Below, piece after piece: positions 49,662 to 61,140 of a DNA stretch of 64,000 nucleotides (the stretch's first letter is position 1; each line of letters starts with the position of its first letter). The notes beneath the pieces are model-generated. The model did no database searches. It was not told the origin of the DNA and was given only the letters and a program-made list of their open reading frames with translations. The position numbers were made by a program, and so were the translations under genes. The DNA lies in the NCBI RefSeq assembly GCF_963921235.1, contig NC_086097.1, forward strand, positions 46,626,001 to 46,690,000, in the 5' to 3' direction. The DNA comes from Mobula hypostoma. Lineage: Eukaryota.

Positions 49662-51540
49662 CAGCACACCCTTTCACCATCACTACGGGGGATTTTAACC
49701 AGGCCAGCTTGAAGAAGTCACTCAATAATTACCATCAACAAATCACTTGAGTACCAGAGTAAACAACACACTGGACCACTGTTACACCACCATCAAGAAT
49801 GCCTATCGTGCTATTCCACACCCTCACTTCGGGAAGTCTGATCACCTGGCTGTACTTCTACTCCCTGAGCATAGGCAGAGACTGAAGACTGCAGCACCAG
49901 TTGTGAGGACCAAGAAGGTATGGACAAGGGAAGCACAGGAGTGCCTACAGGACTGCTTTGAATCAGTGGGCTGGACTGTATTCAGGGTTTCATCTTCGAA
50001 TCAGGATGAGTATGCTGCAGTTGTTACTGACTTCATTAAAACCTGTGTGGTTGAGAGAAAGCCTACGAAAAATTGCTGTACATTCCCAAACCAAAAGCCA
50101 TGGATGAACCAGAAGGTCCATCATCTGCTGAAGGCTAGATCTGTGGTATTTAAGTCTTGTGACCCCGGACTGTACAAGAAAACCCAGTATGATTTGCAGA
50201 GGGCTATTTCAAGAGCAAAGGGATGATTCTGAGCAAGGTTGGAGGCGACATTGGATGCACGTTAACTGTGGTAGGATTTGCAAGATATTACTTCCTACAA
50301 AGCAAAACCCAATAGTATGAATGGCAGTGATGCTTCACTACCAGATGAGCTCAATGTCTTCTATGGCCACTTTGAAAAGGAGAACATAACTACAGCCGTG
50401 AAGATCCCTGCTGTACCCAATGACCTGTGATCTCTGTCTCGGAGGCAGATGTCAGGCTGCCTTTAAGGATGGTGAACCCTCGCAAGGCAGAAGGTCCCGA
50501 TGGAGTACCTGGTAAGCCTCTGAAAACTCGTGCCTACCAACTGGCAGGGGTATTCAGCCTGACATTTTCAACCTCTCACTGCTATGGTCAGAAGTTCCCA
50601 TCTGCTTCAAAAATCCAACAATTATACCAGTGCTTAAGACCATAAGATCATAAGACATAGGAGCAGAAATAGGCCATTTGGCCCATCAAGTCTGCTCCAC
50701 CATTCAATCATGGCTGATCCTCTTTTACCCCTTCCCAACCCCATTCTGTGGCCTTTTCTCCATAACCTTTGATGCCATGTCCAATCAAGAACCTACCAAT
50801 CTCTGCCTTAAATGCACCCAATGACTTGTTCCATAGCTGTGGTAAAAATTTCCATAATTCACCGCTCCGTGGCTAAAGAAATTTCTCCATATCTCTGTTT
50901 TAAATGGACACCCCTCTATCTTGAGGCTGTGTCCTCTTGTCCTATACTCCCCAACCATAGGAAACATCCTGTCCAATCTATTCTGTCTAAGCCTTTCAAT
51001 ATTCGAAAGGTTTCAATGAGATCTCCCCTCATCCTTCTGAATTCCAGCGAGTACAGACCCAGAGCCATCAGACCTTCCTCGTATGATAACCCTTTCATTC
51101 CTGGAATCAGCCTTGTGAACCTCCTCTGGACCTTCTCCAATGCCAGCACATCTTTTCTCAGATGAGGAGCCCAAAACTGTTCACAATACTGAAGGTGAGG
51201 CCTCACCAGTGCCTTACAAAGCCTCAGCATCACATCCTTACTCTTGTATTCAAGACCTCTTGAAATGAATACTAACATGGTGCCACTGACTCAACCTGCA
51301 AGTTAACAGTTAAGGTGTTCTGCACAAGGATTCCCATGTCCCTTTGCATCTCAGATTTTTGGATTTTCTCCTAGTTTAGAAAATAGTCTGCACATTTATT
51401 TCTTCTACCAAAGTGCATGACTATGCATTTTCCAACATTGTATTTCATTTGCCACTTTCTTGCCCGTTCTTCCAATCTGTCAAAGTCCTTCTGCTGCCTT
51501 CCTGTTTCCTCAACACTACCTGTCCCTCCACCAATCTTTG

Positions 51541-52091
51541 TGTAAGACTTGCTTTGCCTAGTGGCTTAATATAGGGGGCGAGAACCCCCTGCCCGGCCAA
51601 ACTTAAGAAATCTCGTTTGGGTGGATGCTGCGCGATGTGTCCCCTGTTACAAATCAGTACCCTGAAATAACAAATAGTACACAATATGCGATTTACCGAT
51701 TAAGCTTTATAATTCTTACCTCGACTATATGGTTAGTAGAGAAACAAAATATAAAAGAAAAAGGGCCCAAATCTTATTAAACAGTCTGTGTACAAAGTTG
51801 GAGCTCATAGTTTCCCCTTCGCTGATCCTCCTTCGATCGTCGCTGCCCCTCGGACCCTCGCTGCGAGTCTACCCCGTTCAGTGGTCTTCCAAATCTCTCC
51901 ATTCGCATCTTCTCTCTTTATCTCTCTCTCTCCCTTTGGCAAAATCAACTGCTTCCAGAATCACAAGACAGGGCAACAGAATCCTGATTGGCTAACATGC
52001 AACCACGGTCCTGTTATCTCCAGCTATAACCCAAACATTGCTGCTACAGTAAAACCATTACATTAGCAGTGAAGCCTTACAGCACATTACA
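51541..52091 (-). mobile_element. Solo LTR, family A-related subfamily
   Basis: TG...CA; both ends homologous in reverse to 49070-49661; host CR1 resumes at tatcatctgcaaacttgg; no clean TSD. Confidence 0.85.
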
Positions 52092-52539
52092 AATATCATC
52101 TGCAAACTTGGCAACAAATCCATCTATTCCATCATCTAAATCGTTGATATACAGCATAAAAAGGAACAATCCTAACACAGACCCCTGCGGAACAAAACTA
52201 GTCACTGGCAGCCATCCAGCCAAGGGTCCTTTTATTCTCACTCACTGCCTCCTACCAATCAGCCAATGCTCTAACCATTCCAGTAACTTTCCTGTAATGC
52301 CATGGGCTCTTAACTTGGCAAGCAGCCTCATTTGTGGTACCTTGTCAAAGGCCTTCTGAAAGTCCAAATATACAACATCCACTACAGCTCCTTTATCTGT
52401 CCTACTTGAAATCTCCTCAAAGAATTCAAACAGGTTTGTTAGGAAACATTTTCCCTTAAGGAAACCATGTTGACTCTGTCCTATCTTATCCCATGTCACT
52501 AAGTACTCTATAATCTCAGCCTTCACAACAGACTCCAAC

Positions 52540-55500
52540 CAGTTAAGCTTAAAAAAGGCTAAAGCAGAATTAGATAAGATTTCAAAACAAATTAAAGATT
52601 TAGATAATATTTATGCAATTTCCCCTAATATTGATTTACTCAAACAAAGGGTGGAACTTCAATCACAATATAACCTATCACTAACTCATCCCATTGAGGG
52701 CTATTTGCTTAAGTTAAAGAGCCAGTTTTGTATGTTTGGAGATAAAAATAACAAACTGCTCGCATCTCAATTAAAAACAGCTAGAGCCAAAAGGCAAATT
52801 TTGAAAATTCGTGGGAAAGATGGTACCCTGGCTTGGGAATATGAAGAAACTAATAAGATTTTTCAAGATTTTTATATTGAACTTTATAAATCTCAATGTC
52901 CAGTACATTCTTCTGAAATGAATGCTTTCTTAGGAAAGATTGCTTTCCCTAAAATTTCTGTTGAGGATCAAAAAACTCTTGATGCCCAAATTACCGAAGC
53001 CAAAATTCATAAAGCTATTTTTTCAATGCACTCTGGTAAGGTCCCTGGACTTGATGGCTATCCTGTAGAATTTTATAAAAAATTTGGAAAATTGCTTTTG
53101 TAAATGTTGGAAATGTTTAAGGGTTCTTTTGTGAAAGGTGATTTACCCTCTACTTTCTATGAGGCTTCTATTTCTTTCATTCTTAAAAGGGATAAAGATC
53201 CTACTGACTGTGCCTCATATAGACCTATTTCATTATTGAACGTCAATGCCAAGATTCTGTCAAAGATAATGGCCAATCGGTTGGAGAATATTTTGGGTAA
53301 AATTATTTTTAAAGATCAAACAGATTTCATAAAGGGTCGTTAATCTTTTTCAAATGTTTGGAGACTATTTAACATTATATATTCGTCCTGTTTTAAAACT
53401 CCACAATGCGTCATCTCTGTGGATGTTGTAAAAGCATTCGATCGAGTGGAATGGGAATATTTATTTAATGTTTTAGAGAAATTTGGCTTTGATGTTAATT
53501 TTAATAATTGGATTAGAATGATATATAAAGCTCCTATTGCTACTGTTGTCACTAACAAATGTAGGTCTCCTTTTTTTCATCTTTCACGGGGAACAAGACA
53601 AGGTTGTCCGTTAAGTCCTTTGTTATTTAATTTAATATTAGAACCCCTTGCTATTGCTCTTCGTGAAGGTAAAAATATTCATGGGATTTGTTGTGAATGA
53701 GACCATTCATAAGATTTCTCTTTACGCTGATGATTTATTTGTTCATATATCTAATCCCGAAGAATCTATTCCTGCCTTGCTAAAATTATTCAATGAATTT
53801 GGAGATTTTTCAGGATATAAAATAAATTTTGGTAAAAGTGAATTGTTTCCTTTAAATGAATCTGTCTCTATATATGATAATACTTCTTTCAAAGTCACGG
53901 ATTCTTTTAGATATTTAGGTGTTATAATCACTAAAAAATATAAGGATCTTTATAAAGCCAATTTCGTTCCTTTGGTAGACTCTATGAAGTATTTATTTAA
54001 TAGATGGAGTCCACTTACATTTTCACTTGTTGGTCGTATCCATATAGTTAAAATGATGATTTTACCAAAATGTTTATATTTATTTCAGAATATCCCTGTT
54101 TTTTGATTAAGAAGTTTTTTGATTGGATTGATTCTATTATTTTATCTTTTATTTGGAATAATAAAAGACCAAGAATTAGTAAGTGTTACTTACAAAAGTT
54201 GAAAAAGGATGGAGGTCTTGCTTTGCGTAATTTAAGCATGTATTACTGGGCTGTTAATGTGCGATACATGTCCTTTTGGTTATATTGGGTTGATAAGAAT
54301 GATAGGCCAATTTGGGTAGACCTGGAATTGAAAGCTGTGAAACAGTTTTATTTAACCTCATTATTGGGAGTTGCTTTACTTATACAATTAGCTAAAGTTG
54401 CTAATTTAAACCTATACCCTGTGATTAAGCATTCTTTACAAATTTGGCTCCAGTTCCGCAATTTTGTTAATCTTAAAAGATTTAAACTTTGTAGGTTAAT
54501 TTATCGAAATGACTTTTTTAAACCTTCTTTGAGTGATCCAATTTTTTTACTTTGGAAAAATAAAGGTATTAATTCTTTTTGGGATTTATTTAAAGGAGAT
54601 ATATTGATGTCTTTTGAACAATTAGTTGATAAATATTCTCTTTCATACTCACACTTTTTACAATACTTTCAAGTTAGACATTTCTTACAAAAATATTTAA
54701 GTAATTTTCCCTACATATTGGAGGCTGACCTGTTAGATACTATTATGAGTGTGAACCCTTCGAAGAAGGGTTCTATTGGAAGAATTTATAATTTATTATT
54801 ACAATGGGATAAGCATCCTTTATTTAAGATTAAACAAGATTGGGAAAAGCAACTCAATTTGACTTTTATGACGGAGGATTGGACGCGGATTCTGAAGCTA
54901 GTTAACTCTTCTTCAATCTGTGCTAGTCATTCACTGATTCAATTTAAAATTGTACATCGTTACCATTTGATGAAGGAGAGATTGTCTAAAATATTCCCTA
55001 ATGTTGATAGTTATTGTGATAGATGTAAAACCGAGACAGCTACACTGACACACATGTTTTGGTCTTGCTTTATACTAGAACAGTTCTGGAAGTCAGTTTT
55101 TTCGATAATTTCTAAAGCACTTAAAATTAATTTACAACCTAACAAATTAACTGTGCTTTTTGGAATAATTCCTCAAAATATCCACGGTATCTCTGTGTCT
55201 GACTAACATGTTATTGCATTTGTTACATTGATAGCTAGGAGAGCCATTTTGTTGAAGTGGAAGGATACAACGGCTCCCATTTTGTCACAATGGTTCTCTC
55301 AAGTGATGCTATGTCCTAGTTTGGAGAAAATTAGAAGTCGAACCTTTGAACCTTCATTTGATTTTGAGAAAAGATGGGGTTCACTTGCTCGTTATTATCC
55401 TTTGGGTTAATTGATAGATTTTCTCCATGATCTAATTGTAAATTTTTGGGTTTTTTTTCTTGCTTGCGGTTTGATGTTTATACTTGGAAGCTTTTTAAAT

Positions 55501-55700
55501 GACGCATGGCTCTGGGGTTGTACACCTAATGGGTTTTTTCCCACTTTTTCTGCTTAGTAGGTTTTTTTTATTATCACCAAAATTTTTCAATCTTTAAAAT
55601 AATGTTTTTTTTTCCTTGAGACATTGTAAGTGTTGCTTACTTTGATGTACTCGTGTTATTTTTGAATAATATAATATTAATAAAAAGATTGAAAAGAAAT
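52540..55700 (+). mobile_element. 5'-truncated L1-clade LINE (ORF2 RT + C-terminal Cys motif)
   Basis: KVPGLDGYPVEFYK, SYRPISLLN, KAFDRVEW, RQGCPLSPLLF, SLYADD, CDRC...HMFWSC; AATAAA plus A-rich tail; TSD AACAGACTCCAAC 52527-52539 / AACAAACTCCAAC 55701-55713. Confidence 0.95.
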
Positions 55701-56445
55701 AACAAACTCCAACATCTTCCCAACCACTGAGGTCAGGTTAACTAGTCTATAATTTCCTTTCTGCTGCTTCCTAAGGACACCCATCACCCAGGGCATGCCC
55801 TCTTCTCATTGTTATTGTCAGGAAGAGGTACAGAAGCCTGAAGGCACACACTCAGTGATTCAAGAACAGCTTCTTCCCCCCTGCCATCTGATTCCTCAAT
55901 GAACATTGAACCCATGAACACTACCTAATTTTCTTAATATATAGTATTTCTGTTTTTGCACTATTTTAATCTACTTAATAAACATGTATACACTCACTGT
56001 AATTGATTTACTTATACATTTTTTCCTCCTATATTATTATCTATTGCATTGTACTGCTGCTGCTAAGCTAACAAATTTCATGCCACATGCTGGTGAAAAT
56101 AAACCTGATTCTGACTCACATTTAAAGAGCAGTTGAAATTGCTGTATCATTAGAAACATGAGCCAAAGACACAATTAAATTGCAGTCATTCCACAAATGT
56201 ACTTGCATGGCATTTCAAAGATACTGAACCTAAACCTGAGAACTCCTGTGGGATTGACATTCATAACAGTGAAATACTAAAACCAACAAGCCACATTGGG
56301 CTTGTATATGGTAAAAACAAGACAGCCAGCATTGTGGGGCTGTGATTAGCCAGACAACTACAACTTGATTAGAGATCTATCCACCATTTACATGCCACAT
56401 TCCTGGTAATAAAGTCAAAAGAAGGCAAATTAAGGAAGGTACTGC

Positions 56446-59400
56446 ATGAACATCTCTATTTTTTCCAAAACTGATCTGCGCAATGCTTACAATCTAATTC
56501 GTATGACAGAAGAGGATGAGTGGAAAGTGGCATTCAGCCCCTCTAATGGCCACTATGAGTACCTTGTGTTGCCTTCGGTCTTGCCAACACCCCCACTGTT
56601 TTCCAGACCCTGGTTAACAAAGTGCTCAGAGACGTGTTGAACTAATTTGTTTTCTTGTACTTAGATCACATACTTATCTATTCTCAAGAACACACCCAGT
56701 ATATCTGCAGGGTTCTCAGACAGCTCCTAGAAAGTAACCTGCATACCAAGCCCAAGGAATGCAAGTTCCATAAAGACCAGGTGTCATTTTTGGGCTATAT
56801 ACTTATCCCATCCAATGTTCAAATGGACCTGGGTAAAGTTCAGGCAGTCACAGAGTGGCCCAAACCATCTATAGTCAAACAGGTGAGGCCCTTCATGGGT
56901 TTGCAAACGTTTATCTCCACTTCATCCGGAATTTTGGCTTTATTACGGCTCCCATAAATGCACTCGCCAGGAGGTCCTTGGCAGGATTCTATTGGATGGA
57001 CGGTGCCGACCGAGCATTTTTGGGGTTAAGGTGATGTTTCACCACTGCCCCAGTCTGCAACACCCAGACCCATCACAGATATTCATAGTCAAGGTGGATG
57101 CATCTGAGGTTGGCATTGGAGTTATCCTCGCTCAGTTCTCTTCTGCAGATAGCCGGATGCATCCTTGTGCCTTTCTTTCCAATCGCTTGACTCCAGATGA
57201 GAGTAATTATGATGTTGGGAACCGGGAGCTACTGGTTACCAAGAAGGCACTGGAGGAATGGCCAAATTCTAGAGCGGGCAGAGCATCTTTTCTTGGTTTG
57301 GACAGAGCACAAGAACTTCTCCTACATTCAAGAGCAAAGAGACTCAATTCCCATCAAGCTGGGTGGGCTCTCTTCTTCACCTGATCTAATTTAATCCTCA
57401 CCTATCATCCCAGCGGCAAGAATACCAAGGCTGATGCTGTCTCCTGCCAATTCAACGGATCTCAAGACAATGCCAATCCAGAGCCCATCCTTCCTCGCTC
57501 GTATATTGTTGCTCCAGTGATCTGGGGAAGAGAGGCAGAGGTGTAGGTCGCCCAAAAGTCAGATCCAGGCCCGGGTGGGGGACCTCCCAACTGGCTGTTT
57601 GTCCCTACTGCAGTGCAATACTAAGTGATGGAATTAGGGTCACTCCTCCCATCTGGCTGCCCGTCCGGGAATTCAATAGACCCAGCAGTTTATTAAGAGG
57701 CAATTTTGATGGCCATCTATGTCCCAAGATGTCCACGACTTTGTAACTGCCTGCCCCACCTGTACTCAGAACAAGACGTCATGCCAGCGTCTTGTACGTC
57801 AGCTATCTCCGCCGCCTGTGCCCCACCACCCCGGTTCCATTTCTTGGTGGATTTCATCATTGGGCTGCCTCCATCCAAAGAAAACACCATCATTTTGGTC
57901 TGTGGATCGATTCTCCAAGGCTGCCCACTTCATTGACCTCCCTAAGCTCTTGTTGGCTCGTGAGACTGTCACACTCATAGCTCAACATGTGTTCAAGCTC
58001 CACATCTTCCCTCAAGACATAGTGTCTGATCGTGGCCCACAGTTTACTTTGTGCTTTTGGAAGGCTTTCTGCTCTCTTGTAGGAGCCACGGCCAGCCTCT
58101 CGTCTGGGTTCCACCCCCAATCCAAAGGCCAGCCTAAGAGAGTGAATCAGCAGTTGGAGATGACCCTGCACTGACTTGCATCTCCCTACCCCATGTCCTG
58201 GAGATCCCAACTGGCTTGGGCAGAGATTGCCCACAATAACCTCCAGTCATCCTCAACTGGAATGTCCCCCTTTGAATGCCAGAAAGGGTTCCAGCCACTG
58301 CCCTTCTCTTCCCAGCCACCAAGAGCTTGACGTAGGAGACCCTGCTGCTGAACAGCTGATCCAATGCTACAAACACACCTGGAGACGAGAAGTCAGGGCT
58401 TCTCTGCTGCGCACCCAGGAACAACATGCACAGCAGGCTGATCGGTTGGCATCAAGGGATCTTCCCCTGAAAGTCGAGAGCTTCAAATTGGCACCGCGCT
58501 ACATGAGACCATTTGTAGAGGAAAAGGTTGCCAACAAGGTATCCTATAGATTATGCCGACTAGCATCACTGAAGATCCACCCAGTGTCCCATGTTTCCCA
58601 GCTCAAGCCGGTTACTACCTGTCCGCTGGCCCCACTCACCCCACCACCTCCTCCTGCCCGCCTGGTAAATGGCTTCCTGGTCCATATTGCACAGCACCTC
58701 CGGGTATCTGGCCAGGTACGTGGTTAAGTCCAGTACCTTGTGGATTAGGAAGGGTATGGTCCTGAAGAACGTTCTTGGATCCTGGCAAAGGACATCTTTG
58801 ATAGGGAGGAGAAGATGGCGGTGCAACACAGCGCGCGCGGCCTCTCCGGTGAAATGATACCTATTTGTTAAATAGGGGTCGTGCACATTCCTGATTTGAT
58901 GGAGATGGACGTGAGAAGCACAGAGGAACATCTGGAGAAACTTTTGAAATGCCTGGTTCGCTACTCCTGCTACTGCGCGATCAAGAATCTCCGGAGGGAA
59001 GGCCCCAAATCCTCGGCTTTGCCTGTTGCTGGTGGCTGGGGTTGGGGTCGAAGCGCTTGGCAGAGATGGTGCTCGGTGCTCGGTGTCGGAGGGCTGGTCG
59101 GAGGCTCGAAGTTTTCGGACGGACTGAGAGTCAGACTGTGGTCGGGTGCTTCCAGGATGCTGCATCGGCAAGTTTGGGGCGCTGGAAGCTCATGGCAGGG
59201 AGAGTTTTCTTCCTTCTACCGTCTGCGTGAGTTGTTGGGACTTTCGAGAGACTTTGAGTCTTTTTACCGTGCCCGTGGTCTGTTATTCATCAAATTACGG
59301 TTTTGCTTGCACTGTTGTAACTATATATTCTAATTATGTGTTTTTTGTCAGTTTTTCAGTCTTGGTCTGTCTTGTGTTTCTGTGATATCATTCTGGAGGA

Positions 59401-59960
59401 ACATTGTATCATCTCTTAATGCATACATTACTAAATGACAATAAAAGAGGACTGCGTAATCTAATCTAATCATTTTGGATAAGCTGCTCAGGCAGAGGTC
59501 TGTGGCATCTCAGGAGGTGTGCCTAGGGAAAGGGGCCCTGTCACAATCATGGATTCAGCTGTACAGCAGTTTTGACAATTGTGCTTGAGAATATGCACAT
59601 GTCAGCTCATTATTATTTCATTATGGTGGTATTTAACTCCCTTCTTTTCATTGTAACGCTTGTCAAGTTTGAGCAAAGCACAGCAACGTTACACTGGCTG
59701 CTTACATTCGGCCTTGTTTAAGAAAGTGGACTATTGAGTCAACTGATGATGAAGATGAGTTATATTTGTTTTATATTACTTTCACCCACAGTGTTGGCAT
59801 TTAGTCTTCCATTTGAGAGTTTTAGTTAACAACCCTGTTTGGCCTAGTGTTTATTGTTTTTTTTCCCCCTTAAAATGCTGTTTGCATTAAAGTCTGTGAA
59901 CTAGTGACCTGCTTCAGTGTCTCCCTCCCCATACTTGGGCCATATCCAAATGTACTGACA
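56446..59960 (+). mobile_element. Chromovirus-type Gypsy family B copy 2: RT, RNaseH, integrase, chromodomain, 3' LTR
   Basis: [53 protein letters not shown] then LTR 59539-59960 homologous to 15080-15506. Confidence 0.92.
58805..59470 (+). mobile_element. 666-bp non-autonomous retroposon with YY1-box head and (AATCT)n tail
   Basis: Starts GGAGGAGAAGATGGCGG; CpG-rich; ends gacaataaaag...aatctaatctaat; degenerate TSD CATCTTTGATAG 58793-58804 / CATTTTGGATAA 59471-59482; the paralogous Gypsy B site near 14996 is empty. Confidence 0.8.
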
Positions 59961-60284
59961 CTGTGGTCTCACTTTTGATGCACAAGGATTACACAAATAT
60001 CCTGAGAAAATTCAAGCTGTGGTGGATGGCCCAACACCAAAGGCCATGTCACAGTTGCTGTCCTTTTTAGGATTTGTCAGTTACTATAACAGGTTCCTGC
60101 CAAACCTGGTTACTAAGCTCCACCCCTTGAACTCATTACCACAGATTGGGAAGAAATAGCGATGGACAGAGCAATATGAGGTGGCTTTTAAAAAGGTAGA
60201 GGAAATGGTGACAACAGACACTGTACTCACACATTATGATCCAGATCATCTAGTGAAGTTTGTCTGTGACATCTCACCTTATAG

Positions 60285-60450
60285 CAGGGGTGGCCAACCT
60301 TTTACATTCCATGCGTCAATTCTTTACCCTCATGAGTTCAGATGCACCATACCACTCTTGTACCCCCATTCAATTCTTGTAAAAAATGTTAACATAGATC
60401 TCATGCGTGAAAAAATTGACCCATGGAATGTAGAAGGTTGGCCACCCCTA
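60285..60450. mobile_element. 166-bp hAT-superfamily MITE
   Basis: 37-bp TIRs CAGGGGTGGCCAACCTTTTACATTCCATGCGTCAATT (3 mismatches); 8-bp TSD CCTTATAG / CCTTATGA; empty site ccttatgg near 60946. Confidence 0.92.
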
Positions 60451-61140
60451 CCTTATGATATAGGTGCGGTCATGACACATGTTATGAGTGACGAAACACC
60501 ATGTTGCCCTACTCCTGCAGAAAAAAATTACATACAGATTGACAAGGAGGCCTTGGTTCTGGTCTGGGGTGTAAAACATTCAACCAGTACTTGTATGGGA
60601 GAGAGTTTACCTTCATTACTGATCACCAACCACGAGTGGCCATTTTCAATCTACAGAAGGGTGTTCCACTAATAGCAGCAGCAGGAATGAAGAGCAGTGG
60701 TGGCCAAAGAACATGTCACAGTTGCAGTCCTTTTTTAAGATTTGTCAATTGCTACGATCGGTTCCTGCCAAACCTGGCTACTGTGCTTTACCCCTTCAAC
60801 TCATTACTACAGATCGGGAAGAAATAGTAATGGACAAAGCATTGTAAGGTGACCTTTCAAAAAACTAAAGGAAAAGTTGATGTCAGATACTGTCCTCACA
60901 CATTATGGTCGACATCATTCGGTGAACTTTGCCTGTAACACCTCACCTTATGGTGTAGGTGCAGTCATGTCGCACGTTATGAGTGATGAGTGTGAACGCC
61001 CCTTAGATTTTGAATCGTGTTCCCTGACTGCAGCAGAGAAAAAATTATGCACAGATTGACAGTGAGGCCTTGAGTCTGGTTTGGGGTGTAAAACATTTCA
61101 GCCAATACTTGAACGGAAGAGATTTTACCCTCGTTACTGC

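Larger units (their letters stand above)
50639..55771 (-). mobile_element. CR1 LINE fragment hosting a solo LTR and an L1
   Basis: (ATAAGAYC)n tail; ORFs 50916-51278 and 52242-52538 (YLDFQKAFDKV); remnant 55701-55771; TAAG at 50635-50638 and 55772-55775. Confidence 0.9.
48391..56116 (+). mobile_element. Rex1/Babar-type LINE (5' region, APE, RT start, 3' end) inside Gypsy C gag; RT core missing
   Basis: CFTESWL, AYIPPQA, GDFNQA, TLDHCY, GKSDH, KAEGPDGV; 3' part 55772-56116 with HHPGHALFSLL and aataaacctgattctga tail. Confidence 0.85.
47639..61140 (+). mobile_element. Gypsy family C copy 3, fragmented by nested insertions
   Basis: 5' LTR 47639-47866 (TG...CA); gag ATG 48099 (MAGYIRKIDMF); gag ...AQL at 48390 resumes (acatttaaagagcagttg) near 56117; RT/RNaseH 59961-61140. 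Confidence 0.88.

Noticed and set aside
54070..55206. Longest ORF (378 aa) as a host gene
   Set aside because: It is the C-terminal part of L1 ORF2, within a TSD-bounded, frameshifted L1
58566..59385. Overlapping 79-201 aa ORFs as novel genes
   Set aside because: Arise from the GC-rich retroposon and the antisense of Gypsy B; no recognisable motifs
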